Part shown: positions 57,454 to 64,000 of the stretch, one piece after another
Layout: the number at the start of each line of letters is the position of its first letter
Position numbering within the stretch: the stretch's first letter is position 1
Source of the DNA: a virus
Lineage: Duplodnaviria > Caudoviricetes
DNA: 64,000 nt
IMG/VR virus record: IMGVR_UViG_3300001528_000580
Location: 160,001 to 224,000 of that record
Strand: one strand, 5' to 3'
The notes under the pieces: generated by a model
Told to the model about the DNA's origin: nothing
Databases searched by the model: none
Seen by the model: only the letters and a program-made list of their open reading frames with translations
Translations under genes and position numbers: made by a program

Positions 57454-58334
57454 TAAATAAAGAGTTAATCATGCAGATAAGTGAAACTATAATTCAAAAT
57501 TCACTGAATATAAGTGGAAAATTACCTCCTAATATTGGTGGGGGGTGGAGTAGTTCTAATTATAAAGTTAATGAATTTATCAAAAGAGCAAGGAATATTG
57601 GTATTATATTTGAAAAACAAAATGGTGGACATTACAAAGCAGTAGCTAGAGATTATCCTGTTAACGATACATTAACCATTAGTTTGCATAGACCTACAAC
57701 AGATGGCGCTAAAGATATGATAAGATATATGACCAAATATAATATTATACGACTAGGATATTATATTTCAGAATTATCTTTTGATATTGGTAAAAAATTT
57801 AGTGAACATGAAAATAAATTGTTTGAGCTAAATGACAATCTGGATTTTGATTTTTTATTAAGAATTGATAAAAAAATAAATAGAAAAAAAGTATTAGACT
57901 ATACAAAAACTTGCTTTTTGTTATGTGAAAAGTTTGATTTTCAATATCTAGTAGATAATACAATTGAAAATCATAAAAAGAATATTAAATTATCCTTTGC
58001 TTATGAAAAGCAATATGATAAGTATAAATTAATAAAATTTCATAATACTAATGATGTAAAAATAATATTTGGAGATATATATTATTTTGTAAATGATTAT
58101 AATATTAAAGATTGGACTTTTGTATTGAAATATAATAAACCATATGGTATAATTGGCTTGAAACATGGTATATTGTTAAATATAAAAGGAGAAAATTTTG
58201 TTAAATTAGATGAAGAACTATTAAATATTATAGTAAATATTGCTAAAGAAATAAACCTAGTTGATAATTTAACTATTGGTGATTTTGATAGTTTTTCTGA
58301 ACAACTTATTTCTATTTTATTTGAAGAAAATTGA
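57450..58334 (+). CDS. hypothetical protein (possible HicA-like N-terminal motif)
   Basis: G..F...GGH.K.....TISLH; ATGA overlap with upstream gene. Confidence 0.55.
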   Translation: MINKELIMQISETIIQNSLNISGKLPPNIGGGWSSSNYKVNEFIKRARNIGIIFEKQNGGHYKAVARDYPVNDTLTISLHRPTTDGAKDMIRYMTKYNIIRLGYYISELSFDIGKKFSEHENKLFELNDNLDFDFLLRIDKKINRKKVLDYTKTCFLLCEKFDFQYLVDNTIENHKKNIKLSFAYEKQYDKYKLIKFHNTNDVKIIFGDIYYFVNDYNIKDWTFVLKYNKPYGIIGLKHGILLNIKGENFVKLDEELLNIIVNIAKEINLVDNLTIGDFDSFSEQLISILFEEN

Positions 58335-58422
58335 ATTTTTTATAAAAAATCACTTGATTTTTTTTATATTTAGTGTATATTAACTTTGTAGCAATAAAAA
58401 AGCTATGTGTTATTTGAAAATT

Positions 58423-58848
58423 GGGGTTGTATAGGATTCGACTGATACGTTGGATTTACTTGTGCATGTAGTAGTTGATCAGTTGGCTACTTTAAAAGCT
58501 GATCAAAAAATAATTGTCGAAGATAATTATGCTCTTGCCGCTTAATTAAAGTGGCACACGAAACTGATGATGCTAATAGTCAGGAGTATGTGAAATTATT
58601 AGCTTTGTTCGGTAACTGAAAGTCTGTTCCTAAGTTGATGAATACCGACAAGATGAACGTAGGAACCTCTGATGCTAAGAATTCTGAAATTTCATAGACT
58701 TAGCAGAAAAAAGATATGAATATTCTTGTCATAGAAGAAAAACAATGATATTCTTGTCAAGAGAATTAAAACATTTGGCTAAACATGTGAATGAACAATA
58801 ATGAAAATTTATCAACACGGGAGGTTCAATTCCTCCCCAGCTCCACCA
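58423..58848 (+). ncRNA. ssrA: tmRNA
   Basis: GGGGTTG..GGATTCGAC 5' end; tag ORF (A)VEDNYALAA* at 58516-58545; T arm and CAGCTCCACCA 3' end with G3-U70. Confidence 0.95.
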
Positions 58849-58861
58849 TTATAAATATTTC

Positions 58862-58895
58862 AAGCCATAATTTGTAGCACAAATTATGGCTTTTT
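58862..58895 (+). terminator. intrinsic terminator
   Basis: AAGCCATAATTTGT-AGC-ACAAATTATGGCTT plus T run. Confidence 0.85.
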
Positions 58896-59008
58896 ATTTG
58901 ATTTTTTATAGTTCTATGCTATATTATTATATAAGAACAAATTATGAATAACAACAATTAAAAGAAAATAATTATATCAGATCAAAAAGAATTATATAGG
59001 AGTATCAT

Positions 59009-59314
59009 ATGAATATAATCTATCAAAAAGATATGTTGGAAAAAGCTATTACAGCTACATTTAATAAAATTAACAATAAATATCTAAGATTTTTAAATGA
59101 TGTATATAATTATATTGAAGAATGTGCATCAGAAGGTTATACAGCCGTTACTTTTTATGAAGAGATAACAGGTGGTGGACGTATTATTAGATTTAATAAC
59201 GATATTATTTATATAATTAAACTTAATTATTATTGGGATTGGCTTCATCTGTTAAGATATACTGGATTTAAAATAGATCTTCGTAATGATTCTATTAATG
59301 TTTCATGGCAATGA
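59009..59314 (+). CDS. hypothetical protein
   Basis: AGGAG SD. Confidence 0.65.
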   Translation: MNIIYQKDMLEKAITATFNKINNKYLRFLNDVYNYIEECASEGYTAVTFYEEITGGGRIIRFNNDIIYIIKLNYYWDWLHLLRYTGFKIDLRNDSINVSWQ

Positions 59315-59380
59315 ATGTATATAAATAAAATGCAGAATATATAAATATCTTATGACTAACTATTATAAGGAATAATAAAT

Positions 59381-59737
59381 ATGCCATTTTCAAATGAAAA
59401 AGCATTAGAACTTATTTCTACAATTAATTCTTTAATGGAAAGTAAACATGTTAAGATATTAAAATTTTTAGCTAATGATATAAAAAAGGAAGTTAGTGAT
59501 GATTTAAATATTACAATTTACGATCAACTAAATGAATATATTTCATTTTTAAGAATTAAAAAGGATTGTTTAACTTTTGATATTTTTGTAGGAATGGTTA
59601 CAGAAAATTCTATTTTAATTTGCATGTTTTATGCTTCTAAAAGTAAACTTGTTTGGTCAAATGTTTATAATAATTATGGAGAAGCATGTAGAAACAAATA
59701 TGAGTATCTTCCTATTATTAGAAGATTATTTTTATAA
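59381..59737 (+). CDS. hypothetical protein
   Basis: AAGGA SD. Confidence 0.6.
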   Translation: MPFSNEKALELISTINSLMESKHVKILKFLANDIKKEVSDDLNITIYDQLNEYISFLRIKKDCLTFDIFVGMVTENSILICMFYASKSKLVWSNVYNNYGEACRNKYEYLPIIRRLFL

Positions 59738-59789
59738 GTTATTGAACTATAATTTTATAAAAAACTCTTTATAAAAAGAGGTTTTTATT

Positions 59790-60164
59790 ATGGCTGTTAT
59801 AGTATTTTGGATTGTAATTATAGGATTACCATTGCTAGTTATTTTAAATTTGATATATATATCAAGTAAAATAAAGCGATTAACTAATCTTACAAAGAAG
59901 CATCAATTTGATATTTGCTATTTATGTAATGCTACAAGCAAAATAGCAATAAAGCAAAAGCTATTATTTTGTATGATGTTATTGTTTAATAAAGATACTC
60001 ATGAATATGGAATAAAGAATATGAATAAATTTTTCGATATTCCAGATGAAATTTTAGATAATAAAGAATATTTAATAGATTTTTTTGAAAAACTATCTCA
60101 AGAAGATTCATTTGGTATTTCAATAAGGAATGGTAAATATCATTTTGAATTTAGAAATAGGTAA
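59790..60164 (+). CDS. membrane-anchored hypothetical protein
   Basis: N-terminal TM segment. Confidence 0.6.
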   Translation: MAVIVFWIVIIGLPLLVILNLIYISSKIKRLTNLTKKHQFDICYLCNATSKIAIKQKLLFCMMLLFNKDTHEYGIKNMNKFFDIPDEILDNKEYLIDFFEKLSQEDSFGISIRNGKYHFEFRNR

Positions 60165-60217
60165 CAAAATTTATTAAATAAAAAAGTAAATTACATAAAT
60201 TTTAAAGGAAAAATAAT

Positions 60218-61201
60218 ATGTATAATTGCGAATTGTGTGGTTGTGATACAGAAGATGATTTAAAAATAAATAAAGTGTATCAATTAACATTTAACGGAAA
60301 ATCATATCAGCAAGATTTTAAATCAGTTCCTATTTGTCGAGAATGTATTAAAAAGATATCATGTTATACTTGTGGTTGTAAATATTTTCTATTTCTTGAC
60401 GAAGATAATAAACCATATTGTAGAACTCATAGATTAAATTCTTCAGCAACTTGTCCTGCTTGTGGAGAAAAGAAAAAATTTCGTCATGTTTATTTAGGAA
60501 GTTGTTATCCTAAAATTCAAAGTTATTGGTTTAAACCTGTTCCAAAATTTAAAGGAAATGATGATTTATATTTTGGAATTGAATTAGAGGTAGGTGGTGC
60601 AAAGAGCAAATTTAATATTCTAAATTTTATGAAAGATGTTAAAAAAGTAACTGATTTAATATATTTTAAACGTGATGGTAGTATTAATAATTATGGTGTT
60701 GAAGCAGTAAGTCATCCAGCCACATACGAATTTCACAACAATAGTGATATATGGAATAATGTTTTTGTTAGTTTAAATAAAAATGAAATTCCAGAAGATT
60801 CAAGTTGCGGATTGCATGTTCATGTTAGTAAAAGAAATTTATCAAATAAACAAATCGCATGTATTGATGCATTTGTTAATACACAAGATGAATTTATTCG
60901 TGAAATAGCTGGTAGAGAATTAAATAGATATTGTAAAAAAATAATTAAAGAAACAAATGAATGGGGAGTTTCACATAGTAGTTTTTTAAATTCAGGAAGA
61001 TATAATAGCGTTAATTTAACAAATCCAAATACAATAGAATATAGAATGTTTGCAAGTACAAATGATTATAATGTATTTATGAATAGATTGAAATTTGCAA
61101 GAAATTTAACTTTGTTTTGTAAAGATAAGGAATTATCAGAAGTATTAGAAAAAGATCATATTTTAAGAAAGTTTCAAGAATTTTCTTCTCAAGTATGTTA
61201 A
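60218..61201 (+). CDS. amidoligase family protein, copy 4
   Basis: GIELEVG, KRDGSI, GVEAVSHP, CGLHVH, RY..VN, TIEYR. Confidence 0.8.
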   Translation: MYNCELCGCDTEDDLKINKVYQLTFNGKSYQQDFKSVPICRECIKKISCYTCGCKYFLFLDEDNKPYCRTHRLNSSATCPACGEKKKFRHVYLGSCYPKIQSYWFKPVPKFKGNDDLYFGIELEVGGAKSKFNILNFMKDVKKVTDLIYFKRDGSINNYGVEAVSHPATYEFHNNSDIWNNVFVSLNKNEIPEDSSCGLHVHVSKRNLSNKQIACIDAFVNTQDEFIREIAGRELNRYCKKIIKETNEWGVSHSSFLNSGRYNSVNLTNPNTIEYRMFASTNDYNVFMNRLKFARNLTLFCKDKELSEVLEKDHILRKFQEFSSQVC

Positions 61202-61281
61202 TATAATTTTATTTTAAAATAGAAGTAGATTTTTATTTACTTCTATTTTTTTATTTTTTTATATTTTAAAAAGGAGTTAAA

Positions 61282-61695
61282 ATGAAAATATTTTTAGGTG
61301 GAACAGTTGGTAGTATTGATTGGCGCAAACCATTAATGAAATTATTTGATAAATATGGTATTGATTATTTTGATCCAGTATTACCAGAAGGAGAAGATTG
61401 GACAGAAGAATCAAGAATTAATGAAGAAACACAGAAGAAAACTTGTAATATTCATCTATATGTAATTACTCCTGAAATGAAAGGTATATATAGCATAGCC
61501 GAAATTGTTCAATCTTCAAATGATAGATATAATGATACTATTGTTTGTTTTTTAGATAACTATCATGGATTAAATTTTTCAGAACACCAACACAATAATT
61601 TTGTTGCTATATCAACTCTTCTAATAAATAATCCTAACACTTATATATTTTTTAATCTAAAGGATACAATAAATAAAATTTTTGAAAATTTCTAA
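61282..61695 (+). CDS. nucleoside 2-deoxyribosyltransferase-like protein
   Basis: IFLGGT..WR...FDP..W...E...LYVIT....YSIAE. Confidence 0.75.
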   Translation: MKIFLGGTVGSIDWRKPLMKLFDKYGIDYFDPVLPEGEDWTEESRINEETQKKTCNIHLYVITPEMKGIYSIAEIVQSSNDRYNDTIVCFLDNYHGLNFSEHQHNNFVAISTLLINNPNTYIFFNLKDTINKIFENF

Positions 61696-61868
61696 AAAAA
61701 TATTATTTGTTGCTTGACTTTTCAAGAATACGTGTTATAATATAGTAAATTCAAATTCTGAATATTCTTATAAGGAAAAAGTTTTAAAAATTTTTTATAT
61801 AATCATATTTAAAATATTATTGTTAAGATAATATTTAAATTGAACTAAACAAAATAAGGAGTAAACTT

Positions 61869-62132
61869 ATGGCTGATAAATTTCGTTGCGAATATTGTAG
61901 ACAAACATGGGATGAGAGTGAACTAGATGGTTCAATGATCTGTCCAGAGTGTTTGGAACCTTTTGAAGAAGATCCATATGATGAATATGATGAATTTGAT
62001 GACGAGTTCAGTGATGAATATGATGATGAAGAAATTGATGATGATTTTGATGATGTTGAATATGATGATGATTACGAAGGTGATGAAGAAGAAATGAAAG
62101 AATTTGAAGATAGGGATGACGACAATTATTAA
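61869..62132 (+). CDS. Zn-ribbon protein with extremely acidic tail
   Basis: CEYC..CPEC, then a D/E-dominated tract; AAGGAG SD; own promoter. Confidence 0.7.
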   Translation: MADKFRCEYCRQTWDESELDGSMICPECLEPFEEDPYDEYDEFDDEFSDEYDDEEIDDDFDDVEYDDDYEGDEEEMKEFEDRDDDNY

Positions 62133-62164
62133 ATAAAATTATATAATAGCAAAGGTGCATTATA

Positions 62165-63121
62165 ATGAATATGAAGCAATTTGATGAGTTGATGAAGGAA
62201 TGTACTGGAAAGAATGTATTTGTAGGATTTTCTGGTGGTGCTGATAGCACTATGGTATTGCTTATTGCAAATCATTTTAAGAAAATTTATAATTTTAATA
62301 TTAAAGCAGTTCATTTTGAACATGGATTGCGAGGCAATGAAGCATTAGGTGATGCAAAGCATTGTGTTGATTTTTGCAACGATATGAACATTGACATTGA
62401 AGTTGTTCATCTTAATTTGAAAAATTCTTCACAAATTGAAGGAATTGCTAGACAAGCTCGTCTAAATTGGTGGAATGATAATTGTGATGAAAACTCTGTT
62501 GTAATGCTTGGTCATCATCTTGATGATCAAATTGAAAACTTTTTGATTAGAATGTCAAGAGGTTCAAATATTACAGGTTTAATCGGTATTCGTTCTATTT
62601 CTAAAATGAATAAGTTTACTATTATTAGACCATTGCTGGAAACAAGTAAAAAAGATATTGAAAAATATCTCACAGATGAAAGTTTTGATTGGGTAATTGA
62701 TAATACAAATAATGATTGTATCTGCCAACGTAACTATATTAGGAATAAGATTTTACCAAAATGGTATAAACAACATGGATTTATCTATGGTGGAATTAAG
62801 CAAAGTTTGAATACTATCAGTGAAGATGCTGATTTTATTGAAACAGAAGTTAAAAATAAATTTGATGAAATCAAAAATATGGATGGAATTTCTATTAACT
62901 TCTGGAAATCGCTTCATAGCGCCATTAGGGTTCGATTGTTGAGAATGTGGGTAAATACTGTCGTTCCTGAATATGTCCCCTCTAAAGCGTTTGTAGGGCA
63001 GTTTAACAACATGTGTGAATCGTTTAACAACACCGACCACAAACATTTGAAAATTAAAGGGAAATACGAGATTTTATTTAAGGCATACAAAACATATATT
63101 TTAAATTGTGAAGGAAATTGA
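62165..63121 (+). CDS. tilS: tRNA(Ile)-lysidine synthetase
   Basis: SGGADS PP-loop, H.EHGLR, E..AR..R, GHH.DDQ.E, RPLL, D.TN, RN.IR. Confidence 0.9.
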   Translation: MNMKQFDELMKECTGKNVFVGFSGGADSTMVLLIANHFKKIYNFNIKAVHFEHGLRGNEALGDAKHCVDFCNDMNIDIEVVHLNLKNSSQIEGIARQARLNWWNDNCDENSVVMLGHHLDDQIENFLIRMSRGSNITGLIGIRSISKMNKFTIIRPLLETSKKDIEKYLTDESFDWVIDNTNNDCICQRNYIRNKILPKWYKQHGFIYGGIKQSLNTISEDADFIETEVKNKFDEIKNMDGISINFWKSLHSAIRVRLLRMWVNTVVPEYVPSKAFVGQFNNMCESFNNTDHKHLKIKGKYEILFKAYKTYILNCEGN

Positions 63122-63122
63122 T

Positions 63123-63341
63123 ATGAGTAGAACATTTAGAAAAGTACCAATCTTTGTTGACCCGCTTTTTGGAAAAAATAATGAGAAAAGAAAAAGAAAA
63201 GTGAAAAATGTTGAAAAGAAAAATCAAAGGCTGGTAGTATTTGATGGAAAAAGTAATGATGAAGTATGGTATTCTAAAGATGATGATACAAGAGAAAAAC
63301 TTTTGGAAAAAGCAGAAAAAATAGATGAAAATAGCAATTAA
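63123..63341 (+). CDS. small basic hypothetical protein
   Basis: MSRTFRK start after AAGGA SD. Confidence 0.55.
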   Translation: MSRTFRKVPIFVDPLFGKNNEKRKRKVKNVEKKNQRLVVFDGKSNDEVWYSKDDDTREKLLEKAEKIDENSN

Positions 63342-64000
63342 TAAAATATTATTAAGTAATTCTAACAGAAAATTAGATTCAGATATTATTGTATATGATG
63401 ATATATATAATAATGTTTCAAATGAATCTAGTTTTCTGTTTTGTTCTATTAAAGAAGCAAGATATTGGAATAAAAGAGAGAATTTCGATAAAGGATATGT
63501 TATTGCTCCATATTTTGACTTAGGGGTTACATGTTTTCTTCCAGCTATTCAAAATGAATATGTTAATTTCAATGGTGAATTTAAATTAGTTTGTCAACTC
63601 AATTCTGATGATATTGGAAAATTTTGCAGAAGTAATAGTGGTGATAAATTATGGTCAGGTCAAGTACTTGATGAAGGATTGATCTCTATAATTAAAGATA
63701 AATTACAACCAGATGATTTATTATATTTGAGTGATTATAAAAATTTTGATGGTTGTGAATTTCGTTGTTGGGTAATTGATGAAAAAGTGATTGAAATTAC
63801 AACTTATGATAGAATAAATACAAAATCATTAATTTTAGATAAATATGATGAAGTATTAAAATATGTAGAAAATATTAACAAATATTGGACACCAGATTCA
63901 TTATTTACTGTTGATATATGTTTTTTTAATGGAAATCCTAAAATAGTAGAATATAATTGCTTTGCTACCAGTGGATTTTATAATGCTGATGTTAATAAAA
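63325..64000 (+). CDS. ATP-grasp protein (DUF4343/R2K-like), 3'-truncated
   Basis: Manual translation: F.R..SG.K.WSGQV...EFRCWVID...FTVDI...KIVEYN...SGFY. Confidence 0.75.
   Translation, partial: MKIAINKILLSNSNRKLDSDIIVYDDIYNNVSNESSFLFCSIKEARYWNKRENFDKGYVIAPYFDLGVTCFLPAIQNEYVNFNGEFKLVCQLNSDDIGKFCRSNSGDKLWSGQVLDEGLISIIKDKLQPDDLLYLSDYKNFDGCEFRCWVIDEKVIEITTYDRINTKSLILDKYDEVLKYVENINKYWTPDSLFTVDICFFNGNPKIVEYNCFATSGFYNADVNK

Noticed and set aside
57450-58334. HicA-HicB toxin-antitoxin pair
   Set aside because: Only a weak GxH motif and no recognisable HicB neighbour
1-64000. Bacterial chromosome or eukaryotic virus origin
   Set aside because: No housekeeping operons; dense small ORFans with SD sites, sigma70-like promoters, tmRNA, dNMP kinase and PhoH fit a large bacteriophage

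Overview
A 64-kb segment of a very AT-rich, large (jumbo-type) tailed-phage genome in the standard genetic code. Genes run mostly on the - strand up to ~29.2 kb and on the + strand afterwards, switching at an 89-bp pure A/T tract. No capsid, terminase or polymerase core genes are visible, so this is an accessory region. It holds: (i) RNA repair and translation genes (RtcB, DRB0094/Rnl5-type RNA ligase, Tpt1/KptA, HAD phosphatase, TilS, tmRNA, four complete tRNAs); (ii) a dispersed peptide-ligation set (four Cys-rich amidoligase paralogues, class II glutamine amidotransferase, gamma-glutamylcyclotransferase, ATP-grasp); (iii) modification erasers (ADP-ribosylglycohydrolase, PTP/DSP, metallophosphoesterase); (iv) ClpP-like protease, PIN-PhoH, dNMP kinase, radical SAM, HNH nucleases, LamG-like fibre proteins and a BspA-like LRR protein. 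The most striking unexplained element is a tandem array of three ncRNAs (44074-44453) sharing one covarying scaffold with an invariant TTTCAACGTA. Each carries a different tRNA-mimic cargo: a circularly permuted T-acceptor-D module, an Ile-GAU cloverleaf with a truncated acceptor stem, and a Cys-GCA cloverleaf with no acceptor stem. Also notable: a class II-shaped tRNA with a Thr anticodon, a DIP1984-like gene followed by a ~215-nt structured RNA, and five counter-oriented genes sharing an N-terminal leader motif. All family calls come from motif recognition by eye; no database searches were run.
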